Positions 47,974 through 57,744 of a stretch of 64,000 nucleotides of DNA are shown one piece after another. Under the pieces are notes generated by a model that was not told where the DNA came from, made no database searches, and saw only the letters and a list, made by a program, of their open reading frames with translations. Source of the stretch: a virus; the IMG/VR virus record IMGVR_UViG_3300029319_008653, positions 1 to 64,000 of that record. The stretch is one strand, 5' to 3'. Each line of letters begins with the position of its first letter. The stretch's first letter is position 1. Position numbers and translations under genes: made by a program.

Positions 47974-48423
47974 ATGACCTCTACTGGAATGGCTAATAAT
48001 CAAAGACCTAAATCAGACTCTAATACATCAGCGAAGATTATTGCTTTTTACAGAGGAAGGGTACTATTATTAAAAAATAAAGATAAAACGTATGAACTGC
48101 CTGGTGGTCATATAAAAATTGGTGAACCTACTATAGTTGGTGCTAAAAGAGAGTTCAAAGAAGAAACGGGACTCGATGTTACGAGGTTAAAATCATTAAT
48201 AAATACGCCTACAAGAAAGATTTATACAGGATTTTTAGCTATTAATCGTGTTACTATTAGTAAGGAGCATATCGGCTTTATATTTGTACCATTAAATAAA
48301 TTAAAGAAGTATAATTTAAATATAAAGGCTAAGAGCGATCTTAGACTATTTTTAAATAAACGAGAAAAACTTAAAAATAATGATGAACTTTCAGACATTT
48401 TACCAGATTCTACAGGAAGCTGA
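47974..48423 (+). CDS. NUDIX hydrolase
   Basis: PGGHIKIGEPTIVGAKREFKEETGL. Confidence 0.88.
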   Translation: MTSTGMANNQRPKSDSNTSAKIIAFYRGRVLLLKNKDKTYELPGGHIKIGEPTIVGAKREFKEETGLDVTRLKSLINTPTRKIYTGFLAINRVTISKEHIGFIFVPLNKLKKYNLNIKAKSDLRLFLNKREKLKNNDELSDILPDSTGS

Positions 48424-48742
48424 TCCAAAAAAAGGTACGGGAAAAAAACCTAAAGGGTCGGGTAGGAGATTATACACAGATGAAAATCCTAAAGATACTG
48501 TTAGTGTAAAGTTTAGTACAGTTTCAGATATAAGAGATACTTTAAGTAAAACTTCTTTTAAGTCTAAATCTCATGCTAGGCAGTCACAAATTATAAATTT
48601 AATTCATCAAAGAGTAAGAGCGGCAAAAGGTAGAGTAAAAGACCCGGTTAAGAAAAAGAGACTTAATGCAGCGTATAAATATATTAGTGGTCGTAAAGAG
48701 GCTAGTAAGCGAAAAACCCAGAGAATGAAGAAAAAGAAATGA
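48380..48742 (+). CDS. basic conserved phage protein
   Basis: KGTGKKPKGSGRRLYTDENPKDTV module. Confidence 0.72.
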   Translation: MMNFQTFYQILQEADPKKGTGKKPKGSGRRLYTDENPKDTVSVKFSTVSDIRDTLSKTSFKSKSHARQSQIINLIHQRVRAAKGRVKDPVKKKRLNAAYKYISGRKEASKRKTQRMKKKK

Positions 48743-48942
48743 TAACATTTAGTACATATTTTTTAGAGAACTTTAAGGATAAAAAAGTTAAAGGTAAGAG
48801 CAGACCCGGTAGAGTAAAAAGAGCAGGAGCAAGCTGTAAAGGGTCTGTAAGTGAGCTAAGACGTAAAGCTAAAAAATATGGAGGCGAAAAAGGCAAGATG
48901 TATCATTGGTGCGCTAATATGAAAGGCGGTAAAAAGAAATGA
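48739..48942 (+). CDS. small basic conserved phage protein
   Basis: SRPGRVKRAGASC...HWCANMK. Confidence 0.72.
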   Translation: MITFSTYFLENFKDKKVKGKSRPGRVKRAGASCKGSVSELRRKAKKYGGEKGKMYHWCANMKGGKKK

Positions 48943-49562
48943 AGTATGATCAAATAGCAGATTTAATTTTAGAAAAAGTTGGTGGATATAAACCTGTTAA
49001 GTTACCCTATGCATTGGATGCTTTAGAGCCTGTTATAGATGAAAAAATAATGAATTTTCATTATAATAAGCATTATAAAGGTTATATTAAAAAACTTAAT
49101 GATGCACTATCTAATACGGAAAAAGACTTAGTAGATGTAGTAAAATCAGCTGCAAATAAAAAAGATGCAATTCGTAATAATGCAGGTGGAGCGTATAATC
49201 ACCAAATATTCTGGTTCATGATGAAGCCAGGCGGGAGTAAATTTGAAGGTGAAATAAAAGAGAAAATAGAGAAGCAATTCGGTAGTTTTGATAGCTTTAA
49301 AAAAGATTTTGTTGAGCAGGCTAAGGGAGTTTTTGGCTCTGGTTGGTTATGGTTAGTTCAGAAAGGAAATAAACTTAAATTTATTCCTACACATAATCAA
49401 GACAATCCATTAATGTTTGATAAGGATGTAAAAATACTTCTTGGTGTTGATGTTTGGGAGCATTCTTATTATATTCAATATGGTCCAGATAGAGAAAAAT
49501 ATCTTAAGAACTTTTTAAAGATAGTTGATTGGTCTTACTGTAATCAACAATTAACTCAATAA
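48939..49562 (+). CDS. sodA: Fe/Mn superoxide dismutase (Mn-type signature)
   Basis: LPYALDALEP, FHYNKH, NNAGGAYNH, FGSGW, DVWEHSYY. Confidence 0.9.
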   Translation: MKYDQIADLILEKVGGYKPVKLPYALDALEPVIDEKIMNFHYNKHYKGYIKKLNDALSNTEKDLVDVVKSAANKKDAIRNNAGGAYNHQIFWFMMKPGGSKFEGEIKEKIEKQFGSFDSFKKDFVEQAKGVFGSGWLWLVQKGNKLKFIPTHNQDNPLMFDKDVKILLGVDVWEHSYYIQYGPDREKYLKNFLKIVDWSYCNQQLTQ

Positions 49563-50284
49563 TTAAATGAAGGTGTCGGATTTTTATAATCTGCAATTAC
49601 TTCAATAATTTCATTCTTCATATAATTTACATGAATTGGTTTCCAATAAGGAGTTTCTTCACCATCATCACTGAATCGTTTTTGTTTGTAAAATATAACT
49701 AACCCGTCACATTTTTTATTAGTCATTTTTTCATATAGATATGCGTATAAAGATAACTGCAATGCATATGTATTAAACTCACAAACAGTTAAATGAGATA
49801 ATGGACCTATCATATACTCATTAAAACTACTATGAAAATTAAAACGCTTATTAGTTTTAAAGTCTCCAAGCATAAAACTTTTCTCTTTTTCATAGACTAA
49901 GTCAGCAGTACCAGCTATATTGTCCTCAACGTTATACATTCTTTCCTCAGCCTTAAACGTTTTATAACCACTAAAAATACTATTGGCTTCCTGCTCATAT
50001 GATTTATATAGGTAATAATGCTCATCCTCTTTTTTACCTTCGACAAGAAAATCTTCCATAACTTTATGAATAGCAGTACCATAGTCACAAGCTTTATTTT
50101 TTTCTTTTTCCCATAGATCTAGTACAAAGTCGACATCTAAACCTTCTCTCTTTGCTACTCGAGTAGCATTTTCTTTTTTATCAAATTTAGGTTTATATTT
50201 TCCAAGAAGGGTAGTAACTGAAATTAATTCTCTACCGTTTTCAGTATTAACATATGTATGGGTACCTTCGTTAAAATAAATCAT
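49556..50284 (-). CDS. PD-(D/E)XK exonuclease (RecB/Cas4-like fold)
   Basis: SVTT, GTAIH, AGTADL, GDFKT, YALQLSLY. Confidence 0.85.
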   Translation of the reverse strand: MIYFNEGTHTYVNTENGRELISVTTLLGKYKPKFDKKENATRVAKREGLDVDFVLDLWEKEKNKACDYGTAIHKVMEDFLVEGKKEDEHYYLYKSYEQEANSIFSGYKTFKAEERMYNVEDNIAGTADLVYEKEKSFMLGDFKTNKRFNFHSSFNEYMIGPLSHLTVCEFNTYALQLSLYAYLYEKMTNKKCDGLVIFYKQKRFSDDGEETPYWKPIHVNYMKNEIIEVIADYKNPTPSFNY

Positions 50285-50342
50285 ATATATATTATAACGT
50301 ATAGAGTTGAAATATCAAATAGATATATTAAATTATATGTAT

Positions 50343-51206
50343 ATGAGAATTGCAATTAGTGGGTCAGGATGCCAAGGTAAAACTACTCTTATAAAGGATT
50401 TTTTAGCTCAATGGAAAAATTATAAACCTGAGAGTGAAACTTATAGAGAGATTATTGAAAAAGAAGACCTTCCTCATAGTAAGTTAGCTACTAAAGACTC
50501 GCAATGGAAAATTCTTAATCATATGATTGACGAATTACTTACATGGAAAAAAGACTCTCACCGTGTAATGGATCGATGTCCGATCGATAATCTCGTTTAT
50601 TCTTTATGGTGTTATGAAAAAGGTGTAGGTAATATTGATAAAGAATTTATTGATAAATGTATACCTTTAGTTTGTGAAAGTATGAAAAATCTAGATATTA
50701 TTTTCTTTATACCAATAACAAAAGCTGCACCAGTAGAGTTAGTTAATGATAATATGAGAGAAGTTGATCCTATCTATATAAAAGAAATAGATAATATTTT
50801 TAAGATGATAGGCGCTCAACATATTGAAAATAATGGAAGAAATCCATTCTTTCCTAAAGATGATGCACCCGGTTGGATTGAAGTATTTGGTGATAGACAA
50901 ACACGTATAGCTATGATTAAACAATACCTTGATGATGACGGTGATCTTATTGGAGGTACAGAAGAAAGTTTAAATGAGCTTATTAATCCGCATGACGGGC
51001 AACCTCTTGGTGGGTTAGACCCCGAGTCTCAAGAAGGTAGATTGGCTATGGAAAAACTTCTTAAACTACAGAAGCAAGCTCAAGTTGAAGAAAAGGAGTT
51101 AGCTGCTCAAAGACAAATGATTAAAGATACTCTAGGCGAGGATATCGATGATGAAAAACTTCGCGGGGTATATGATAGTAAAATTAATAAAGATAGATTT
51201 AATTAA
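50343..51206 (+). CDS. P-loop nucleotide kinase-like protein (AAA_28/NadR-like)
   Basis: MRIAISGSGCQGKTT, DRCPIDNLVY. Confidence 0.75.
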   Translation: MRIAISGSGCQGKTTLIKDFLAQWKNYKPESETYREIIEKEDLPHSKLATKDSQWKILNHMIDELLTWKKDSHRVMDRCPIDNLVYSLWCYEKGVGNIDKEFIDKCIPLVCESMKNLDIIFFIPITKAAPVELVNDNMREVDPIYIKEIDNIFKMIGAQHIENNGRNPFFPKDDAPGWIEVFGDRQTRIAMIKQYLDDDGDLIGGTEESLNELINPHDGQPLGGLDPESQEGRLAMEKLLKLQKQAQVEEKELAAQRQMIKDTLGEDIDDEKLRGVYDSKINKDRFN

Positions 51207-51208
51207 TA

Positions 51209-51496
51209 TTATAATGCTTTAAGCATAATATGATAATCTACACCATTAATAGTTATAGGTAAACCATTTGTTGCAGCACCGGCAGTTTGCGTTGGTACAG
51301 TTTCAGGAAACAATACACCAGATATAGTCGCTACATTAGTAATAGCACTTTTAAATGTTGTATTATCCGTACCAATAACAAAGTTTTTAAAATCTAACTT
51401 ACTTGTCGCATTAGGAGATTGAACAATAATAAAATCTCCGTTAACTATTTGTGATACTACGGGTAATTGATCTATACTTACTTCTGAACTTGCCAT
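51209..51496 (-). CDS. small late protein, probably structural
   Basis: TATAAATA-N6-ATG; SIDQLP...GDFIIVQ N-terminus like fibre proteins. Confidence 0.6.
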   Translation of the reverse strand: MASSEVSIDQLPVVSQIVNGDFIIVQSPNATSKLDFKNFVIGTDNTTFKSAITNVATISGVLFPETVPTQTAGAATNGLPITINGVDYHIMLKAL

Positions 51497-51524
51497 ATAA
51501 ATTATTTATACTAAATTATATATA

Positions 51525-52310
51525 ATGTCAAAGATTGGTATAGGAATAATAACATGTAATCGAACAGATTTTTTACAAACTTGTATCGATAGTATAAACA
51601 AAGATTGGTATGATGAGTTTGTTATAGTTAATGACGGTGAAATGCCCGTTAAAAATAATAGTTTTAACATTATAAATAACCCTAAAAATTTAGGTGTTTG
51701 TAAATCAAAAAATATAGCACTAAAATATTTGCTAGATAATAGCTGCGATCATATCTTTCTAGTAGAAGATGATATGAAGTTTACCGGGAATATATTTAAA
51801 GAATATATAGAAGCGAGTAAAACTACAGGTATACAGCATTTTATGTTTGGTTATCACGGACCTGCAAATAAAGGTGGTATAAGTGGAGGTAAACCTCAAC
51901 CAAGAAAAATTATTGATTATGGTAAAATAAAAATAGCACTAAACCAACACTGCGTGGGAGCAGTTTGCTACTATACTCGAAAATCTTTAGAGGATACTGG
52001 AATTTTTGACGAACAGTTTGATAAAAATAATTTTGAACATGTAGAGCATTCATATAGATTAGCTAAGGACGGTTATAGTACACCTTATTGGTGGTGGGCA
52101 GATATAGCTAATAGTTTAGACTTTGTACAAGAGCAAGCCTGTAGTGAAGATAACTCAGCTATCAGAAGAGGAGATGATTGGCAACAGAGTATAATTGATA
52201 GTGCGTATATCTTTAAATCAAAACACGGGGTAATGCCTGCTTGGAATGACTGCGTACCAGATACTTCAGTTAAAGATGTTGTTGAAATATTAAGGAAGTT
52301 TAAGAAATGA
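51525..52310 (+). CDS. GT2 glycosyltransferase
   Basis: IITCNR, IVNDG, NLGVCKSKN, LVEDD, FDE. Confidence 0.87.
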   Translation: MSKIGIGIITCNRTDFLQTCIDSINKDWYDEFVIVNDGEMPVKNNSFNIINNPKNLGVCKSKNIALKYLLDNSCDHIFLVEDDMKFTGNIFKEYIEASKTTGIQHFMFGYHGPANKGGISGGKPQPRKIIDYGKIKIALNQHCVGAVCYYTRKSLEDTGIFDEQFDKNNFEHVEHSYRLAKDGYSTPYWWWADIANSLDFVQEQACSEDNSAIRRGDDWQQSIIDSAYIFKSKHGVMPAWNDCVPDTSVKDVVEILRKFKK

Positions 52311-53041
52311 AAATATCTCTATTATGTCCCAGTCGAGAAAGACTTAATAAATTTTTAACTTTTACTAGTAGTATTTTTTGTACAGCTAACAATATTAAAA
52401 ATATAGAGATAGTTTTAGGTGTAGATGAAGATGATCCTAAATTTAACGAATATAAAAGAATAGCTAAAAATCTTTCTTTTATCAAATTTACAACATTTAA
52501 GAAAGGCTTCTTCAAAAATGAAGGACTTTCCGGACTTTGGAATATTATGGCTCAAGTATGTAACGGCGATATAGTTGCAATGGTAGGTGATGATATGATC
52601 TTTCAAACTAATGACTGGGATAAAGAAATTATTGATACTTTTGAATCCAAAAAAGATCCAATATGGCTTATACACTGTAATGATGGCATGAGAGGACCTG
52701 GTAATAAATATGCGAATGTAGCTCCTATGGCTGTAAACTCATTTGTGCACCGTGCTTATATTAATGCAGTAGGTAGATATGTGCAGACAGAAGAACCAGC
52801 CATATTTCAAGATACATTCTTAGATAGACTTTTTGGTAGTTTAAATCGAAAAATTTATTTTCATAATATCATGATAAAACATCTACACTTTTCTGAGGGC
52901 GGTACGAAAGACAAAACTTCAGAAGCTTTAGAAGCTACCAGGGTAGGTATATGGGATAATGAAAACCTGTTTAAAGAAAAATTATTACCGGTAATGCAAA
53001 AAGAAATTAAAATTCTTAAAGACCTATATAAAATTAAATGA
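52307..53041 (+). CDS. GT2-like glycosyltransferase
   Basis: LLCPSRER, VDEDD, WN, GDDM. Confidence 0.8.
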   Translation: MKISLLCPSRERLNKFLTFTSSIFCTANNIKNIEIVLGVDEDDPKFNEYKRIAKNLSFIKFTTFKKGFFKNEGLSGLWNIMAQVCNGDIVAMVGDDMIFQTNDWDKEIIDTFESKKDPIWLIHCNDGMRGPGNKYANVAPMAVNSFVHRAYINAVGRYVQTEEPAIFQDTFLDRLFGSLNRKIYFHNIMIKHLHFSEGGTKDKTSEALEATRVGIWDNENLFKEKLLPVMQKEIKILKDLYKIK

Positions 53042-53691
53042 TAATATATACACATTATAGCAATTCGCACGAAGATTTATATAAAAATTATTTTAAAGAT
53101 TCTTTACGTAAAATATATACTAAAGATGAAGTTAAAATAAGAGCTGCAAAGCATCGTCAAACAACTAAAGATGGTACCTTTATGGAGCAAGGTTGGTTAG
53201 ATAGTATGGACTTTAAGCTACAAGTTATCTTAAAAGCTATAGAAGAAAACTGGAACGACTATTTTATTTTTGCAGATACTGATATTGTTTTTTACAAGGA
53301 GTTTATAGATGACCTATTAATAGAAATAAAAGGATTTGATATTGCTTGTCAAAATGATTGTGAATCTTTATGTGCTGGGTTTTTTATTGCCAGGGGAAAC
53401 GAAAGAGTAAAAAATTTATTTCTTAAAATAAGAGAAAATTATCGTAATATGGTAAACGACCAAGTTGCTTTAAATAGGTTTAAAAATATTATAAACTATA
53501 AACTATTAGATAAAGAAGAATATTATACTATTGGAAACTTTTTTGATAATGTTAACGGTACGCATATATGGGACGGGGTAACTAAAATAAAACCTCCTCG
53601 GGATATGAGAATACATCATGCTAATTATGTAGAAGGTGTAGGTCAAAAGAAAAAAATTATAGAAATGATTAGATCAGAATATAACAAATGA
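53038..53691 (+). CDS. nucleotide-diphospho-sugar transferase (GT77-like)
   Basis: FADTDIV, CAGFF, NDQ, HHAN. Confidence 0.78.
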   Translation: MIIYTHYSNSHEDLYKNYFKDSLRKIYTKDEVKIRAAKHRQTTKDGTFMEQGWLDSMDFKLQVILKAIEENWNDYFIFADTDIVFYKEFIDDLLIEIKGFDIACQNDCESLCAGFFIARGNERVKNLFLKIRENYRNMVNDQVALNRFKNIINYKLLDKEEYYTIGNFFDNVNGTHIWDGVTKIKPPRDMRIHHANYVEGVGQKKKIIEMIRSEYNK

Positions 53692-54527
53692 TAAGTTTTT
53701 TCGAAGATATATTTCAATATGAAAGTTTTCCTACAGAGTATGAATGTTATAAAGTACTTTCTGATATAGATAACTATATAGCAGTACCATGGACTCAAAT
53801 TTTAAATAGTCATTGGTTTAACTTTCCAGGTAATAAAGGTAGAGATTATTTTTTAAGAGAAATTAGTAAGTATAAAGTAAAAACGGAAAATAATTTTACT
53901 ATATGTCAGCATGATAGTTTTAAACAACTAGAACTATATTTTAAACATCTTAATATAACTAAAGTATTTTGTACGCTTCATAGTAAACAAGATAAAATAG
54001 ATGGTGTAGATCTTATACCTATTTCATTTGCTTTTAATAAAGAATTTAGTAATGATAAAAAGAAAGATATTTTAGTATCATTTGTAGGCGCATCTACTAC
54101 ACACCCTCTTCGTGAAACTGTAAAAAAATCATTTACCGGTCCTAATTTTATATATAGAGATAGCTACCATATTGATAGTAGAGATCAAGATAAAGAAGAA
54201 CTAGAACTGCAGTATAAGAATATTATGGAAAGATCAATTTTTACCTTATGTCCGAGAGGCTCATCACCTTCATCTGTAAGATTTTGGGAAAGTTTATCTG
54301 CAGGTACTATTCCAGTATTAATAAGCGACGACTGGGCCTTACCTGAATGGGATTGGGACAATACAATAGTAAAAATACCTGAGAAAGATATTGCTAATCT
54401 CACAACTATGAAATTAAATGTTTTATTAGAGCCGTTAAATCATAAAAAAATGAAAGAAAAATGTCTCGAGGCATATAATAAATTTAAAAAACAAAACTTT
54501 AGAGAGTACGTTTTACAAAGCTTGTAA
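53688..54527 (+). CDS. exostosin (GT47)-like glycosyltransferase
   Basis: SFVG, FTLCPRG...RFWESLSAGTIPVLISD. Confidence 0.82.
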   Translation: MISFFEDIFQYESFPTEYECYKVLSDIDNYIAVPWTQILNSHWFNFPGNKGRDYFLREISKYKVKTENNFTICQHDSFKQLELYFKHLNITKVFCTLHSKQDKIDGVDLIPISFAFNKEFSNDKKKDILVSFVGASTTHPLRETVKKSFTGPNFIYRDSYHIDSRDQDKEELELQYKNIMERSIFTLCPRGSSPSSVRFWESLSAGTIPVLISDDWALPEWDWDNTIVKIPEKDIANLTTMKLNVLLEPLNHKKMKEKCLEAYNKFKKQNFREYVLQSL

Positions 54528-54554
54528 TTAAATTTTATTGCAGTAAGTAATATT

Positions 54555-55379
54555 ATGAGTACGCATGTTGACGGTAATAACTTTATATCCCATTATCTTA
54601 AAAATAATAAACCATTTTGTGCTGGTAAAATTGGAGGCACGGAATTAAAATTATTTTTTGCTAATCTTAATCGTTTAGATATACCTATTGATTTAAAATT
54701 AGAAGCTGAAAATGTATCTGGTCTAGTGCCTACTAATCAAGATACTCTTAAGTGGTTTAGTGATGTATTTGGAAAAGCAGTTAATGATAGTGACTTACTT
54801 GCAAAGTGGAGTCGTATCATACCTGCTTTAGAGGCAAAAATGATAGATGAATCCGGAGCATATTCAACACCTCTACAGCATCTTGAGCCTTACTTTCATG
54901 ATGATCCATGGAGTAATTATTTAGAAGATAAAAAAGTTTTAGTCTTTTCGCCTTTTGCTAAGAGTATAGAAAAAAATTATAAAAATCTTGATAAAATTTG
55001 GAACGGTAAAATTAAAGCTAACTTTAAATTGAAAGCTATAACATACCCTACATCTATCACTATTACAGAAGATACTTCATATAATAACTATAAAGAAATT
55101 TACGATAAATATATAGAAATTATACAAACAGAAGATTTTGACGTTGGTATATTTGGTACAGGTTATACTGGGCTACTATTTGCAGCTGAAAGTAAAAGAC
55201 AAGGTAAAGCAGGTATTCATATGGGAGGGTCGACTCAATGCTTATTTGGTGTCTTAGGTAATAGATGGAAAGCAAATAAAGATTTTGATAATCTTATTAA
55301 CGAATATTGGGTACCCCCGACACCTGATGAGACTCCCAAAGGTGTTAGTAAAGTAGAAGATGCTTGTTACTGGGGATAA
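54555..55379 (+). CDS. hypothetical glycan-related protein
   Basis: GKIGGTE, LEPY, GIHMGGSTQCLFGVLGNRW; located in the GT cluster. Confidence 0.6.
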   Translation: MSTHVDGNNFISHYLKNNKPFCAGKIGGTELKLFFANLNRLDIPIDLKLEAENVSGLVPTNQDTLKWFSDVFGKAVNDSDLLAKWSRIIPALEAKMIDESGAYSTPLQHLEPYFHDDPWSNYLEDKKVLVFSPFAKSIEKNYKNLDKIWNGKIKANFKLKAITYPTSITITEDTSYNNYKEIYDKYIEIIQTEDFDVGIFGTGYTGLLFAAESKRQGKAGIHMGGSTQCLFGVLGNRWKANKDFDNLINEYWVPPTPDETPKGVSKVEDACYWG

Positions 55380-56149
55380 TGAGAGTAATAGTAAAATATG
55401 ACCCATATAACAGATTGGGTAACCGAATGTTTCAATATGCTTTCGGGTACTTATTATCTAAAAAATATAACTGTCCTTTACTATGCAATGACGATCTACC
55501 AAATTTTGGAATTAAATCTGAGAGATATACATATATAGATCCAAATGTATTTGTTAGCAGAAGTGTAGGTAATCAATATTTTGATTTTACTAAACTTGAT
55601 AACTTTGATGGTGATGTAGTGCTAGATGGTCATTTACAAAAGATAGATTATTATAAAGATCATAAGGAAGAATTAAGAAAAGTTTTTGGTATAAAGAATT
55701 TAGAGATGAAAAACTCTGAAAAACTTATCTTACATATAAGAGAAACTGATTATAAGGTTTTGGATATATTTTTAGGTTATGATTTTTATAAAAAGTTTAT
55801 CGAAAGTACAGGCTATACAGATATAGCTATTGTAACTGATAATCCTAAAGGAGAAACTATTCAGCGTTTATTAAGTGAAGGTTGTACTCTTAATACTGAT
55901 GGTGTTGAATCACCGTTTTTACATCATGGGGATCGCAGAGCAATAGATGACTTTTTAACTTTACTATATAGCGAAAATATTGCAATATCTCAATCATCCT
56001 TTGCATGGTGGGGCGCATTTCTTGGATATCATAATAAAGTATTTTTTCCTTTTAGTACTACATCCAAGCAATGCTGGGCTTTGAAACCTGAAAGAGAAGA
56101 TGTGGATTTGTATATTGATGAACCCAGTTCTATAAAGTTTGTATTATGA
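55379..56149 (+). CDS. GT11 alpha-1,2-fucosyltransferase-like
   Basis: RLGNRMFQYA, LHIRETD, SSFAWWGAFL; start at MRVIVK. Confidence 0.82.
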   Translation: MRVIVKYDPYNRLGNRMFQYAFGYLLSKKYNCPLLCNDDLPNFGIKSERYTYIDPNVFVSRSVGNQYFDFTKLDNFDGDVVLDGHLQKIDYYKDHKEELRKVFGIKNLEMKNSEKLILHIRETDYKVLDIFLGYDFYKKFIESTGYTDIAIVTDNPKGETIQRLLSEGCTLNTDGVESPFLHHGDRRAIDDFLTLLYSENIAISQSSFAWWGAFLGYHNKVFFPFSTTSKQCWALKPEREDVDLYIDEPSSIKFVL

Positions 56150-56964
56150 AATATTTTTTAGCTCATTTTGATACTAAGTTTCCAGATTATGTAAATTATT
56201 GCGTAAAGCAAATTCATAAGCATGATCCAAAAAATGATGTATATATCTGTGGAGATTATAAGCCAAGTTTTATAGAAGAGGATTATACTTTTATACATAG
56301 ATCAGATTTAGACTTGCCAGATTTTTCTTATCTTAAAGACGCTAGCGATCCATTATGGCATACTTCTTTATTAAGAGTATTTGCTATTAACAACTTTATG
56401 CGGAAATATAATTATGAAGGAATAATACATTTTGATAACGATGTAATGATTTTTGGTAATTTTGAAAATATAAAAAATAATTTTAAAAAAGAAAATTATA
56501 TAACACCACATAAATCTACCGAATATGCATTTGGATTTTCTTATATAAACAACAAGGAAAAATTTAATGAGCTATGCGCAAAGATTTTAGAATTAATATC
56601 TAAAGGAGAAAATAAAGTTAAAGATTTAACGGGAGATGAAGCTCATGAGATGAGATTATTAGGATACTGTGCAGATGGATTAATTGTTCCGCTTCCCGTC
56701 CATCCAAGTTTAGGCAGTATTGATAATTGTATTTTCGACCCCTCATCTTGGGGTCAATATGTAGCCGGTACACCTGCAGGTCATAGTAGAGGTTTTATAG
56801 ATGAAAAACAATTAGTAGGGAGTATCTTATCTAAGGAGGAGGAAAAGCCTACTCTATTATATAAAAAGTCTAGCGATACATATCATATAAAATTTAAAGA
56901 CAGAATCTATCAAGTTTTTAATTTACATATACATAAGAAAAATTTAAAAGTTTTTAGTAAATGA
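56146..56964 (+). CDS. hypothetical glycosyltransferase-like protein
   Basis: HFDNDVM, FDPSSWGQY, NLHIH. Confidence 0.6.
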   Translation: MKYFLAHFDTKFPDYVNYCVKQIHKHDPKNDVYICGDYKPSFIEEDYTFIHRSDLDLPDFSYLKDASDPLWHTSLLRVFAINNFMRKYNYEGIIHFDNDVMIFGNFENIKNNFKKENYITPHKSTEYAFGFSYINNKEKFNELCAKILELISKGENKVKDLTGDEAHEMRLLGYCADGLIVPLPVHPSLGSIDNCIFDPSSWGQYVAGTPAGHSRGFIDEKQLVGSILSKEEEKPTLLYKKSSDTYHIKFKDRIYQVFNLHIHKKNLKVFSK

Positions 56965-57722
56965 AGAAAATAGTTATATATCAAGAGTGGGGAGGATTAG
57001 GGGATAATCTAGCTCATACCACTATACCAAAGCTTTGCGAGAAATACGGTTATGAATGTTTTTTAAGCAAACAAAATAATTTTAGAAATAAAGATATTAA
57101 GGATTTACTTTTTAAAGACATACCAACAATTGATGAAGTTAATACAAGTTGGGTAGATAACTATACTGTAACGCAGAGTAAAGAATGGAATCATATTAGA
57201 AGTATACAGCTAGGGTATGGGTTTAAAGAAGCACCATACTCATATCCATTTATTAATTATGAACCTAAATTTATTAAAGAATTAAAAGATATAACACTTA
57301 TGGATTTATCTGGTTTATACTATTTTAAATATTTTAGCCATATCTTTACTGAACAAAATTTAACTAGATTATATAATAAGATATTGTCATTGAATAATAA
57401 TTTTGGTAAAGTAAAGACTGTACAGAAACCTAATATATCATGTAATGAAGTTATAATATCTGAAGAAAAATATTCAATTAATAATTTATTCGATTATTGT
57501 GATGCAATATATTCATGTAAAAATTTTATTACGGTAGATTCTGGTCAATCAAATTTAGCTAGCTGTATAAAAAATCAGTTTTTAGAAAATAAAAAGCTTA
57601 ATATTTATACAATAGGTTTACAAAAAAATTTACCACCTAATAATTATAATTCATATTTTTATCTTAATACAAACCATATAGCTTTAGATACAGGCCGAAT
57701 GTATAAGGCTCTTGATTATTAA
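56961..57722 (+). CDS. hypothetical glycosyltransferase-like (GT9-like) protein
   Basis: GGLGDNL, FITVDSG. Confidence 0.55.
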   Translation: MKKIVIYQEWGGLGDNLAHTTIPKLCEKYGYECFLSKQNNFRNKDIKDLLFKDIPTIDEVNTSWVDNYTVTQSKEWNHIRSIQLGYGFKEAPYSYPFINYEPKFIKELKDITLMDLSGLYYFKYFSHIFTEQNLTRLYNKILSLNNNFGKVKTVQKPNISCNEVIISEEKYSINNLFDYCDAIYSCKNFITVDSGQSNLASCIKNQFLENKKLNIYTIGLQKNLPPNNYNSYFYLNTNHIALDTGRMYKALDY

Positions 57723-57744
57723 CTTATATAGTATAAAATAAGTT

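Noticed and set aside
49556-50284. Cas4 as part of a CRISPR system
   Set aside because: No cas genes or array nearby and no 4-Cys cluster; it looks like a standard phage PD-(D/E)XK exonuclease
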